A stretch of 30,648 bases of DNA, taken from the NCBI GenBank assembly GCA_041497675.1, contig JBGQGY010000031.1, positions 1 to 30,648 on the forward strand, in the 5' to 3' direction. Positions 9,568 through 18,344 of this stretch are shown here, piece after piece. The translations under genes were made by a program, and so were the position numbers. The DNA is from a bacterium. GTDB taxonomy: Bacteria > Sysuimicrobiota > Sysuimicrobiia > Sysuimicrobiales > Humicultoraceae. The notes below the pieces were generated by a model that was not told the origin of the DNA, searched no databases, and worked only from the letters and a program-made list of their open reading frames with translations. How positions within the stretch are numbered: the first letter of the stretch is position 1; every line of letters begins with the position of its first letter.

Positions 9568-10320
9568 GTGCCGACACCGACCCCGTCCACGCCCACTCGC
9601 CGCAGAGTCCCGGCCCGATTTGCGATCGTCATGGCCGCGCTGTGTGCGGCGGCGGCGCTGCCGCAGTCCTCGCTCTTTGCGATCGAGCGCATCGACGTCA
9701 CCGGCGCCATGACCCTGGACGGGTCGACGATCCGCACGCTCTCGGGGCTGCGGCCAGGCCAGCGGGTTTTCGCCGTTGACGCAGCCGCCGTGGCGGCGCG
9801 TCTGACCACGCATCCTCGGATCAAGACGGCCGCCGTGCGGGCGCGGCCCCCTCACGCGATGAGCATTGCCATTGTTGAACGGCGCCCGGTGATCGCTGTG
9901 GTCCTGGGCGACGAGTTTGCCCTCGTCGACCAGGAGCTCATGGTGGTGGAGGTAGGCCCAGATCCGGGCGACCTGGTCCGCGTCGTCGATCGGAGCGGTC
10001 GTTCCGGTTGGGTGCGTCCTGGAACGCGCGTCTCGTCCGACGCCGGGAAGACCGCGTTGGACGCGCTGGCCGCGCTGCCGGAAGCCCTGGCCGCGGACGT
10101 GTTCAAGGTCATCGTCGCGCCCGGCCCTGATCTCACCTTTGTCATGCGATCCGGGCTCGAGGTGCGGGCCGGAGGTCTCTCAGGTCTGTCCGATCGGCTG
10201 GCGCAGGTACCCGGGTTGCTCGCGGCGCTTCGCGCGAGGCGCCTGTCGGTAGCATCGATTGATCTGAGGTACGCCGGCTCGATTGTCGTGAAACCGGTTG
10301 CAGGAGGAGAAGCGCGGTAG
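9568..10320 (+). CDS. ftsQ: Cell division protein FtsQ/DivIB (POTRA domain)
   Basis: N-terminal hydrophobic segment, F-x-I-x-x-I-x-V-x-G POTRA start, P-x-I...V-x-x-x-x-P...I-x-I-x-ER-x-P, C-terminal IDLRY; directly before ftsA. Exact start codon uncertain. Confidence 0.85.
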   Translation: MPTPTPSTPTRRRVPARFAIVMAALCAAAALPQSSLFAIERIDVTGAMTLDGSTIRTLSGLRPGQRVFAVDAAAVAARLTTHPRIKTAAVRARPPHAMSIAIVERRPVIAVVLGDEFALVDQELMVVEVGPDPGDLVRVVDRSGRSGWVRPGTRVSSDAGKTALDALAALPEALAADVFKVIVAPGPDLTFVMRSGLEVRAGGLSGLSDRLAQVPGLLAALRARRLSVASIDLRYAGSIVVKPVAGGEAR

Positions 10321-10329
10321 GCGTGGAAT
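10303..10329 (+). promoter_or_regulatory. Putative SigH-type promoter for ftsA-ftsZ
   Basis: GGAGGAGAA-N11-GTGGAAT fits the Bacillus SigH consensus RNAGGAWWW-N11/12-RNNGAAT with one mismatch; ftsAZ has a SigH promoter in B. subtilis. Confidence 0.5.
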
Positions 10330-10333
10330 AGCG

Positions 10334-10381
10334 CACCCAGATCTAGGGGCGCACAAGACTCAACCCTACCACAGGTAGCAT
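10334..10381 (+). promoter_or_regulatory. Tandem NrdR-box-like operator upstream of ftsA
   Basis: Box 1 at 10334-10349 (cacCcAgATcTaGggg) has all six invariant positions of acaCwAtATaTwGtgt. Box 2 at 10366-10381 (ctaCcAcAggTaGcat) has 5 of 6. Offset is 32 bp. Confidence 0.6.
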
Positions 10382-11620
10382 ATGGCACGTCGGGGCCCGC
10401 TTGCGGGTCTGGACATTGGAACCACCAAGGTGTGCGCTATCGTCGGCGAGGTGGACGAAGACGGTGATGTGCACATCGTCGGCGCCGGCATCGCGCCCTC
10501 GACCGGCGTGCGCCGCGGCGTCGTCGTCGATCTGGACTCCACCGTGTCCGCGATCGAGCAGGCTGTCGAGCGCGCGGAACGCATGGCGGGCGTGAAAGTC
10601 TCAGCGGTCTATGTGGCCGTTTCAGGTGAGCACATTGCCTCTGCCGACAGCCGGGGCGTGGTGGCGGTGGCGCGGGGTGACCACGAGATCGGCGAAAGCG
10701 ACGTCGCGCGCGTGATCGACGCGGCGCGGATGTCCGCACTGCCTGCCTCGGATCGCGAGATCATCCACCTGTTGCCGCGCGACTTCGTCGTCGACGGGCA
10801 GGACGGCGTCAAGCGACCGGTCGGCATGTTCGGCACGCGGCTGGAAGTCGAAGCCCACATTGTCACGGGTGTCGCGACGGCCCTGGCCAACGTGGCCAAG
10901 TGCGCGCAGCGCGCCGGTCTCGACGTCGATGAGATGGTGCTCGAGCCGCTGGCATCAGCGGCGGCCGTGCTGACCGCGGCCGAGCGAGACCTCGGGGTCG
11001 TCGTCGCGGACCTTGGTGGCGGGACGACAAGCATCGGCATCTTCGCCAACGGCGGGCTCTGCCACGTGGGCATTTTGCCGGTCGCGGGCGCGCACCTGAC
11101 GAGCGATATCGCCGTCGGCATGCGCACGCCGATGCCCGAGGCGGAGAAACTCAAGATTCGATGGGGCGCGGCGACGCCGGCCATCGTGACCGAAGGTGAG
11201 ATGATCGAGGTGTTCAACGTCGGGGGCCGCGAACCGCGCGTGCTGCCTCGACGGTTGCTGGCCGAGTACATCGAGCCGCGTTTGGACGAGATCTTTTCGC
11301 TGATCCAGGCCGAGATCGGGCGCAGCGGATACACACACCGAGTGCCGGCCGGTATTGTGCTGACCGGCGGCACGGCGCAGCTCGAGGGGTTGGAGGAGTA
11401 CGCCGAGCGGCGGCTCGGTATGCCGGCCCGCATCGGCGCGCCGAACCATCTGTCGGGGCTGGCCGAGGCGGTGCGCAGTCCGGCGTACAGCACCGGTGTC
11501 GGGTTGGTCGTCCACGGCTCCACGGCGCGGACGCAGGTCGGGACCGTACATCGCAACGGGACGAGTTCGGTTTGGGAACGTGCCCGGGAATGGGTGAGGG
11601 AGATCCTCCAGGGGGGGTAA
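10382..11620 (+). CDS. ftsA: Cell division protein FtsA
   Basis: [38 protein letters not shown] and P-x-YSTGVGL motifs; C-terminal amphipathic helix ([13 protein letters not shown]). Confidence 0.97.
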   Translation: MARRGPLAGLDIGTTKVCAIVGEVDEDGDVHIVGAGIAPSTGVRRGVVVDLDSTVSAIEQAVERAERMAGVKVSAVYVAVSGEHIASADSRGVVAVARGDHEIGESDVARVIDAARMSALPASDREIIHLLPRDFVVDGQDGVKRPVGMFGTRLEVEAHIVTGVATALANVAKCAQRAGLDVDEMVLEPLASAAAVLTAAERDLGVVVADLGGGTTSIGIFANGGLCHVGILPVAGAHLTSDIAVGMRTPMPEAEKLKIRWGAATPAIVTEGEMIEVFNVGGREPRVLPRRLLAEYIEPRLDEIFSLIQAEIGRSGYTHRVPAGIVLTGGTAQLEGLEEYAERRLGMPARIGAPNHLSGLAEAVRSPAYSTGVGLVVHGSTARTQVGTVHRNGTSSVWERAREWVREILQGG

Positions 11621-11661
11621 CCCACATCGGACCTCGGGATCTTACATCGAGGAGGAGCACC

Positions 11662-12717
11662 ATGGCCAATGTTGAGCGTGATCTCCGTCGGTATGCCGCG
11701 ATCAAGGTGGTGGGGGTAGGAGGCGGCGGGAGCAATGCCGTCAACCGCATGATCTCGGCGGGATTGCGCGGAGTCGAATTCATCGCAATCAACACCGACG
11801 CGCAGGCGCTTGCGCTCTCGTCGGCCGACAAGAAGATCCACATTGGGGCGAAGGTGACACGGGGCTTGGGCGCCGGGGGCGATCCCAACGTCGGCCGGCA
11901 GGCGGCTGAGGAGAACCGGGACGAGCTGCGGGAAGCGCTGAGCAACGCGGACATGGTGTTCATCACCGCGGGCATGGGCGGTGGGACCGGGACCGGGGGC
12001 GCGCCGGTGATCGCCGAGATCGCGCGCGAGCACAATGCGTTGACCATCGGCGTCGTCACGAGGCCCTTTGGGTTCGAGGGCAAGCGACGCGCCGCCGCCG
12101 CGGAAGAGGGCGTCAAGAGCCTACGCCAGAAAGTGAACACGCTCATCACCATCCCCAACGACCGGCTCCTGCAGATCATCGATCGGCAGGCGACGGTCAT
12201 CGAGGCCTTCCGCACGGCCGACGACGTGCTGCGTCAGGGCGTGCAGGGCATCGCCGACCTCATCACCATTCCTGGTCTGATCAACCTCGACTTCGCGGAC
12301 GTCCGCACGATCATGACTGAAGCCGGATCGGCCCTGATCGGGATCGGCGTCGCGTCGGGCGAGGAGCGGGCGACACGGGCGGCGCAGGCGGCGATCAGCA
12401 GCCCGCTGCTGGAAACGTCGATGGACGGCGCGCGCGGGGTGCTGATCAACGTGACCGGCGGCATCGATCTGGGCCTGCTCGAGGTGAGCGAAGCGGCGCA
12501 GATCATCCGCGAGGCCGCCGACCCCGAAGCCAATATCATCTTTGGCGCCGTGATCGACGAGAAGAGCAAGGACGAAGTGCGAATTACCGTGATCGCAACC
12601 GGGTTCGACTCGGTACGCCGCGTCGAAGAGCCGGTGGCCGCGACCTCGGAGCGGCCGAAGGAGCCCGTCAGGCTCATCGACGACCTGGACATCCCGGCCT
12701 TCCTCCGCCGCCGCTAG
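11662..12717 (+). CDS. ftsZ: Cell division protein FtsZ
   Basis: RBS AGGAGG at 11650-11655 then ATG 11662 (the ORF-track start at 11572 is too long). GGGTGTG tubulin signature, NLDFADV, C-terminal DIPAFLR core. Confidence 0.98.
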   Translation: MANVERDLRRYAAIKVVGVGGGGSNAVNRMISAGLRGVEFIAINTDAQALALSSADKKIHIGAKVTRGLGAGGDPNVGRQAAEENRDELREALSNADMVFITAGMGGGTGTGGAPVIAEIAREHNALTIGVVTRPFGFEGKRRAAAAEEGVKSLRQKVNTLITIPNDRLLQIIDRQATVIEAFRTADDVLRQGVQGIADLITIPGLINLDFADVRTIMTEAGSALIGIGVASGEERATRAAQAAISSPLLETSMDGARGVLINVTGGIDLGLLEVSEAAQIIREAADPEANIIFGAVIDEKSKDEVRITVIATGFDSVRRVEEPVAATSERPKEPVRLIDDLDIPAFLRRR

Positions 12718-12735
12718 CCCTCGGCTGGACTGCCG

Positions 12736-13851
12736 TTGGAACCGTACCCATTCGCGCCCGGCGGACACGACGTCGCGGCCGAACAGGATGATCGCCTCCT
12801 CACCGCCTGGCGGCATATCCAGGCGTTGTTTCCTGGGGCCACGCCTCTGCCGGGGCCCCAGCCGATCTTCACACTGACGACCGCCGAGGGCATCCGCGAC
12901 CGCTTCGTCGAACTTCAGCGGCGTCTGGCGCCGCTGGACCTCCTCCCGCTGCTGCGGCGCCAGGACGGCCGGCCGGTCCTGATCCTCATTCCCAAACCCG
13001 CGGCGGGTCGCTGGGCGTGGCAGACGAACGCCCTGCTGTTCTTAGCCACACTCGCCACCACGTTCTACGCCGGATACGCGCAATCGGTCGCGCTGGTCCG
13101 TGACGGGTACCTGACAGATCCGATCGCCGGCGGGATGGAGTTCTCGGTGGCAGTCCTCTTCATCCTGGTGTCGCACGAGATGGGTCATAAGCTCGCGGCC
13201 GTCCGCCGCGGCATCGACGCCAGCCTTCCCTATTTCATCCCCATGATGCCGCCCGTCGGCACCATGGGCGCCGTGATTATCACGCGCGCTCCTGCGCCAA
13301 ATCGTGACAGCTTGATGGACCTCGGTGCCTCGGGACCGATCGCGGGGTTCGTGGCCGCCATTCCCGTGCTGATCTACGGTATCCTGCACTCCTTTGTGAT
13401 CCAACCCGAGCGGGTGCAGGGGCTGATCACCTTCCCCGATCCGCTGCTGATGCGTGTGCTGGCGCGGGTGCTGGTCGACGTCCCGCCCGGCCGTGATCTC
13501 CTGATGCACCCTGTGCTCTTCGCCGGGTGGATCGGTCTCTTCGTCACCAGCCTGAACCTGTTGCCGACCGGGATGCTCGATGGGGGCCACGCGGTTCGGG
13601 CCGCGCTGGGTCCGCGCGCCCACGCGCTCCTGTCGATCGTCGGGATCGCCCTGGCGGCCGTGATGGGCGCGTGGCTGATGGCGCTCTTGATGGCGCTGCT
13701 GATGCGGCGCGGGCACGTGGGCCCGTTGGACGACCTCTCGCCACTGAGCCGGTCGCGGCAACTTGTGGGGCTCGCACTGATCGTGATCTTCATCCTCAGC
13801 GCATCGGTCGTCCTGCCGTTGTCCTCACTCCGCGACCTGATCAACCGATAG
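12736..13851 (+). CDS. Site-2 protease (peptidase M50 family, EGY/SpoIVFB-like)
   Basis: HEMGH zinc motif, LPYFIP...GTMGAVI, SGPIAGF, NLLPTGMLDGGH; several TM segments. TTG start uncertain. Confidence 0.88.
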   Translation: MEPYPFAPGGHDVAAEQDDRLLTAWRHIQALFPGATPLPGPQPIFTLTTAEGIRDRFVELQRRLAPLDLLPLLRRQDGRPVLILIPKPAAGRWAWQTNALLFLATLATTFYAGYAQSVALVRDGYLTDPIAGGMEFSVAVLFILVSHEMGHKLAAVRRGIDASLPYFIPMMPPVGTMGAVIITRAPAPNRDSLMDLGASGPIAGFVAAIPVLIYGILHSFVIQPERVQGLITFPDPLLMRVLARVLVDVPPGRDLLMHPVLFAGWIGLFVTSLNLLPTGMLDGGHAVRAALGPRAHALLSIVGIALAAVMGAWLMALLMALLMRRGHVGPLDDLSPLSRSRQLVGLALIVIFILSASVVLPLSSLRDLINR

Positions 13852-13854
13852 GCC

Positions 13855-15060
13855 GTGCGCGCGCCCACGACACCGGCACACGCGAGTCGCCCGGGCCGCT
13901 GGTGGCGCGCGGTCGTGGCGGTCTTTCTCAAGGAGATGCGCGAAGCGCTCCGTGACCGGCGAACGCTGATCGCCGCGGTCGTGCTGCCCGCCGTCGTCAT
14001 GCCGGTCGTGGTGCTCCTGATGCCCGCCCTGGCAAAGCGACAAGAGACGTTCTTGCTCCAACATCCGGCGCGAATCGCCGTCGAGGGCGGAGACGCCTCC
14101 GGGCTCGCGGCCGCGGGGTTCGAAGAGCGCGTCTTCAGCCTCGTCTCGACCCCCTCACCGCGAGCCGCGCTCCGCCGCGGCGAGGTCGATGCCGTGCTGG
14201 TCGACGAAGGCCCCCAGGGGCCTCCCAGGCGGGTCCTCGTGCTCTACGACGAGACTCGTGCGGCGTCGCGCGCCGCGGTGGAGAAGGTCATCCGCACGGC
14301 CGCAAAACTGGCGTTGGCCGAGTTGCAGACCGCGGCGCGTGCCGGCGGGCTGGACCCCGAGCAGATGGTGCCGGTCATCGTCGAGCCGCGCCCCATCCTT
14401 GCGTCCAACCCCCTGGGTGGCGGCCCGCTGGCCATCGCGCTTCCGTTCTTTCTCGCCGTCTGGTTGCTCCTCGGCGGCCAGTATGCCGCGCTCGACGTCG
14501 GTGTCGGGGAGCGCGAGCGGGGGAGCCTGGACGCGCTGCTGGTGAGTCCCCCATCCCGGTCTGCGATCGTGGTGGGGAAGTTCCTGGCCGTGCTGCTGCC
14601 GGCGGTCTTCGCCGCCGTGGTCATGGTGGCGTCGAGTATCGCCTCGGCGAAGCTTGGCGCCCGCCTCCTGCCCGACCAGGCCGCCGCCGGTCTGACGGTG
14701 GGAGTGGCGGCCTGGCTGCTGGTGGTCGGGGTGGCCCTGGGCGCGCTCCTTTCGGCGGTGCAATTGCTGCTGAGCCTGGGTTCCAGGAGCCTCAGAGAGG
14801 CCCAGCAGGCGTTCACCGGGCTCTACCTCCTGGTGGCGCTGCCGATCATGCTCGTGCCGCTGTTGGGTGAGTGGGACGACCGGCCCTGGATGCCGCTGAT
14901 CCCGGTCGTCAACGCCGGTCTGGCCTACCGGGATATCCTGGCCGGCCGCGCCGTCGGGGCCCAATTGGCGGTCACTGTGGGTGTGCTCCTGGTGGCCACC
15001 CTCCCGTTCCTGGCCCTCGGGGCTCGGGTGCTGGGCAACCAGCGAGTACCGAATCGATGA
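13855..15060 (+). CDS. ABC-2 type permease, NatB-like
   Basis: FLKEMREALRDRRTL N-terminus and GERERGSLDALLVSP-x-SR...GKFL motif; one TM, an extracytoplasmic loop, then about five TMs. Confidence 0.82.
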   Translation: MRAPTTPAHASRPGRWWRAVVAVFLKEMREALRDRRTLIAAVVLPAVVMPVVVLLMPALAKRQETFLLQHPARIAVEGGDASGLAAAGFEERVFSLVSTPSPRAALRRGEVDAVLVDEGPQGPPRRVLVLYDETRAASRAAVEKVIRTAAKLALAELQTAARAGGLDPEQMVPVIVEPRPILASNPLGGGPLAIALPFFLAVWLLLGGQYAALDVGVGERERGSLDALLVSPPSRSAIVVGKFLAVLLPAVFAAVVMVASSIASAKLGARLLPDQAAAGLTVGVAAWLLVVGVALGALLSAVQLLLSLGSRSLREAQQAFTGLYLLVALPIMLVPLLGEWDDRPWMPLIPVVNAGLAYRDILAGRAVGAQLAVTVGVLLVATLPFLALGARVLGNQRVPNR

Positions 15061-15129
15061 CGGACCCCGCGCGAGCGAGAAAACAGGCGATCGGACCCGG
15101 GTGGGGTGGCAAGAGGGCCGAAGCGAGCG

Positions 15130-15158
15130 TTGACACACCAGATATGGGATCCTAGAAT
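15130..15158 (+). promoter_or_regulatory. Sigma70/SigA promoter of nrdR-nrdJ
   Basis: TTGACA (15130-15135), 17 bp spacer, TAGAAT (15153-15158); 30 bp upstream of the nrdR ATG. Confidence 0.85.
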
Positions 15159-15182
15159 CGATTTTGCCTCTACCGGTGGGGT
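15135..15182 (+). promoter_or_regulatory. NrdR boxes in the nrdR-nrdJ promoter
   Basis: Box 1 at 15135-15150 (acaCcAgATaTgGgat, 6/6 invariant positions) lies in the promoter spacer. A weaker box 2 at 15167-15182 (cctCtAccggTgGggt, 4/6) is 32 bp downstream, over the ribosome-binding region. Confidence 0.75.
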
Positions 15183-15188
15183 TCCCCT

Positions 15189-15710
15189 ATGCGATGCCCT
15201 GTTTGCGGCCATGAGGAAAGCAAGGTCCTCGATTCCCGCCCCGTTCTCGACGGACGCGCCATCAGGCGCCGGCGTGAGTGCCTGGAATGCGAGCGCCGAT
15301 TCACCACGTACGAGCGCACGGACATGGCCCCGCTGATGGTCGTCAAGCGCGATGGGCGGCGCGAACCTTTTGACCGCGCGAAGGTGCAGGCCGGCGTGGT
15401 GCGCGCCTGCGGGAAGCGCCCGGTCTCGATGGACGCCGTCGACGCCCTGGTCGACGAGGTCGAGCGGGAGATTCGCCAGCAGGGCACGGTGGAGATTGCC
15501 TCGGCCGCGATCGGTGATTTCGTCATGGAGCGACTGCGGGGGCTTGATGACGTGGCGTACGTGCGGTTCGCCTCCGAGCACCGGCGCTTTCAGGACGTCG
15601 ATTCGATTGCGGAGGAAATAGAAACCCTCAAGGAACGTAGGCGCCGCGAGGACGCGCTCCGCGATCAAGTACCGCTGATCACGCTTCCCGATCCACACCG
15701 CAAGCGATAA
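15189..15710 (+). CDS. nrdR: Transcriptional repressor NrdR
   Basis: MRCPVC...KVLDSR...IRRRRECLECERRFTTYE zinc ribbon; ATP cone VVKRDGRREPFDR; DDVAYVRFAS. Confidence 0.97.
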   Translation: MRCPVCGHEESKVLDSRPVLDGRAIRRRRECLECERRFTTYERTDMAPLMVVKRDGRREPFDRAKVQAGVVRACGKRPVSMDAVDALVDEVEREIRQQGTVEIASAAIGDFVMERLRGLDDVAYVRFASEHRRFQDVDSIAEEIETLKERRRREDALRDQVPLITLPDPHRKR

Positions 15711-15744
15711 ACAGAACACACAGATTGAACCGGGGGTGACGTCC

Positions 15745-18237
15745 ATGGATGCCGCATCGTCCTCTTCGACCCACTCGCAGACCCCACGCCGCGAACCTGT
15801 GGGGTATGCCGCGTCATCGGACCTCTCGCCGGAGACGCTCGCCGCTTTTGCCGGCGACGAACTCCGGGCGCGCGTCTTCCACGACAAGTACGCGCTGCGG
15901 GATCGGGACGGCACCGTGCTGGAGCGCACGCCGCAAGAGATGTGGCAGCGCATCGCCCGGGAACTGGCGTCGGTGGAGACAACGCCGGAGAAGCGGGATG
16001 AGTGGACGCAGAAGTTTGGCTGGCTGCTCGAGGACTTTCGGTTCATCCCCGGGGGCCGCATCATGCACGCGGCGGGGAACAGCCGGCGCGTTACCGCGCT
16101 CAACTGCTACGTCCTGCCGATCCGGGATGATTCGATCGAATCGATCTTCGAGTGGATGAAGGAGGCCGCCCGCACGTACAGCCTCGGCGGGGGCGTCGGC
16201 ACCGACATCTCGATCCTTCGGCCGCGGGGCGCGCCGGTGAACAACGCGGCGCGCAGCAGCACCGGGTCGGTCTCGTTCATGGAGCTCTTCTCACTCACCA
16301 CGGGTACCATCGGACAATCGGGCCGCCGCGGCGCGCTGATGATCACCATCGCCGACAACCATCCCGACTTGTTGGACTTCATCAAAGTCAAGCGGAACCT
16401 CGACAAGGTACGTTACGCCAACATCAGCATCCGGATCTCTGACGCGTTCATGCGCGCGGTCGAAGAAGACGGCGTCTGGGATCTGGCTTTTGAGAACGAT
16501 CGAGCGCAGTACCGGAAGTCCGTGCGCGCGCGAGACGTGTGGCGAGAAATCATCAAGGGCGCCCGCGACCACGCGGAGCCCGGCGTGATCTTTTGGGACA
16601 CGGTCAAGCGCTGGTCGACGTCGGAATACGACGGGATGGGTGTCGTCACGACGAACCCATGCAGCGAAATCCCGCTCGAGCCCTACGGCTGTTGCTGTCT
16701 GGGCAACGTCAACCTGGCGTGCTTTGTGCATGACGAGTTCACGTCACAGGCCCGCGTCGACTGGGAAGGGCTCGAGCGCGCGCTGCGCTACGCGACGCGT
16801 TTCCTCGACAACGTCCTTGACTACAACGCCGACAAGCATCCGCTGCCGCAGCAGCGTGAGGCCAGCCTCTTTTCACGCCGGATCGGCGTGGGGTTTACGG
16901 CGCTCGGCGACATGCTCATCAAGTTGCGCCTGAAGTACGATACCGACCAGGCGGTCGCGTTCGTCGACGGGCTGTACGATCGCATCAAGAACATCGTCTA
17001 CGACGAGAGCGTCAACCTGGCGGCCGAAAAATCGACGTTCCCCGGCTACGACGCGCGGCAGCACCTGGCTTCACCCTTCATCCAGACGCTGTCGCCGAGG
17101 ATCCGCGAGCGCGTCGAGCGCGGCGGCCTCCGCAACGTCGCGCTGCTCACCGTCCCGCCTGTGGGCAGCGGGGCGGCCCTGGCCGGCGTGACCAGCGGCG
17201 TCGAGCCGATCTTCGATATCTCGTATATCCGCCGATCGGAGTCCCTCTCGAAAGAGGTCTTCACCGTGTACCACACGCTCGTGAGAGACTACATGCAGCG
17301 CTGCGGCATCGAGCGTGAGCAAGACCTGCCGGAGTACTTCGTAACCGCCCACCAGATCCAACCGGAGATGCGGGTCCGCATGCAGGCGGCGATCCAGAAG
17401 CACATCGATCACTCGATCTCCTCGACGGTCAACCTGGCAGAAGACACGCCGCCCGAAGAGGTGGAGCGCATCTACGTCCAGGCGTGGAAGATGGGGTGCA
17501 AGGGGATCACCGTCTATCGCGAGGGGAGCCGCGAAGGGGTCCTGATTACCGAGGCGCGGGCCAAAGGCCAGTCGGCGAAGGGACAGACGGCGCAAACGAC
17601 GACACCGGCGACCGCCGCGCCGGCGACGCCCGCGGCTCCGGTCCGCGTCATCCCGCGCCAGCGTCCAAAGGTGACGGCCGGTCGCACCGAACGCATCGAG
17701 ACGCCGCGCGGCCGGGTCTACGTCGTGATCAATGAGGACGAACTGGGGATCTGCGAGGTCTTCGTGCATTCGCTCGACGTCGAGGCCGAGGCGATCGGTC
17801 GTCTGGCCTCGCTCTCCCTGCGGGGTGGTCTGGATCCGCGCGACGTGATCGAGCAGTTGTGGCGGGTACAGAGCAAAGAGCTCGCGTTCGATCGGTCTAC
17901 CGACGGCACCATCGTGCGCGTGACCACGATCGCGCAGGCGGTCGCGCTCGCGCTGGGTCGGGTGCTCTACGGGGACACGTTCCGCCCGGACAAGGCCTTC
18001 CCGAGAGCCGACGCGCTGCCCGAGCCACGACCGCGGCCACGCCAGGAGGCGCTTCGCTTTTCCCCACCGCCGGAGGCCAACAGTGGGAACGGCGGCCCCG
18101 CGCCCGAGCCGCAGGCGACCCGCGGTGTTGCCGACATCGCGCTGGAGTTCATCGGCATCTGCCCCGATTGTGGGTCGTCGCTGGTACACGAGAACGGCTG
18201 CGCCACGTGCCGACAATGCGGGTACTCGAGGTGTTGA
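15745..18237 (+). CDS. nrdJ: Adenosylcobalamin-dependent (class II) ribonucleotide reductase
   Basis: RBS GGGGGTG then ATG 15745. FIPGGRI, LNCYV, GGGVG, RRGALM, TNPCSE (thiyl Cys). KGITVYR lacks the class I YY pair. C-terminal TSCPD-like domain and CPDCG...GCATCRQCGYSRC ribbon. No beta subunit nearby. Confidence 0.92.
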   Translation: MDAASSSSTHSQTPRREPVGYAASSDLSPETLAAFAGDELRARVFHDKYALRDRDGTVLERTPQEMWQRIARELASVETTPEKRDEWTQKFGWLLEDFRFIPGGRIMHAAGNSRRVTALNCYVLPIRDDSIESIFEWMKEAARTYSLGGGVGTDISILRPRGAPVNNAARSSTGSVSFMELFSLTTGTIGQSGRRGALMITIADNHPDLLDFIKVKRNLDKVRYANISIRISDAFMRAVEEDGVWDLAFENDRAQYRKSVRARDVWREIIKGARDHAEPGVIFWDTVKRWSTSEYDGMGVVTTNPCSEIPLEPYGCCCLGNVNLACFVHDEFTSQARVDWEGLERALRYATRFLDNVLDYNADKHPLPQQREASLFSRRIGVGFTALGDMLIKLRLKYDTDQAVAFVDGLYDRIKNIVYDESVNLAAEKSTFPGYDARQHLASPFIQTLSPRIRERVERGGLRNVALLTVPPVGSGAALAGVTSGVEPIFDISYIRRSESLSKEVFTVYHTLVRDYMQRCGIEREQDLPEYFVTAHQIQPEMRVRMQAAIQKHIDHSISSTVNLAEDTPPEEVERIYVQAWKMGCKGITVYREGSREGVLITEARAKGQSAKGQTAQTTTPATAAPATPAAPVRVIPRQRPKVTAGRTERIETPRGRVYVVINEDELGICEVFVHSLDVEAEAIGRLASLSLRGGLDPRDVIEQLWRVQSKELAFDRSTDGTIVRVTTIAQAVALALGRVLYGDTFRPDKAFPRADALPEPRPRPRQEALRFSPPPEANSGNGGPAPEPQATRGVADIALEFIGICPDCGSSLVHENGCATCRQCGYSRC

Positions 18238-18301
18238 GCGAGTCCTGACGTCCCAACCCCAGCGGCGGGCCCCCGGGCTGAGGATCACCGGACAGTCGGT
18301 G

Positions 18302-18310
18302 TGGTAAACT
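18302..18310 (+). promoter_or_regulatory. Possible extended -10 promoter element (TGgTAAACT)
   Basis: TG-n-TAAACT about 35 bp upstream of ATG 18345; no convincing -35. Confidence 0.4.
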
Positions 18311-18344
18311 GAGGATAGTGTCGGTAGCGGGGGGGACAGGTGTC

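Noticed and set aside
11632..11652. Short stem near the ftsZ RBS (CCTCG/CGAGG)
   Set aside because: A 5-6 bp stem is expected by chance at this GC content.
15711..15744. Possible NrdR box or cobalamin riboswitch directly upstream of nrdJ
   Set aside because: ACACACAGATTGAACC lacks the invariant positions in the right register, and 34 bp is far too short for a riboswitch.
15745..18237. Intein or intron in nrdJ, a common insertion target
   Set aside because: Continuous ORF of ordinary length; no intein junction or homing-endonuclease motifs seen.
18257..18283. Possible terminator after nrdJ
   Set aside because: Imperfect GC-rich stem with no U-tract.
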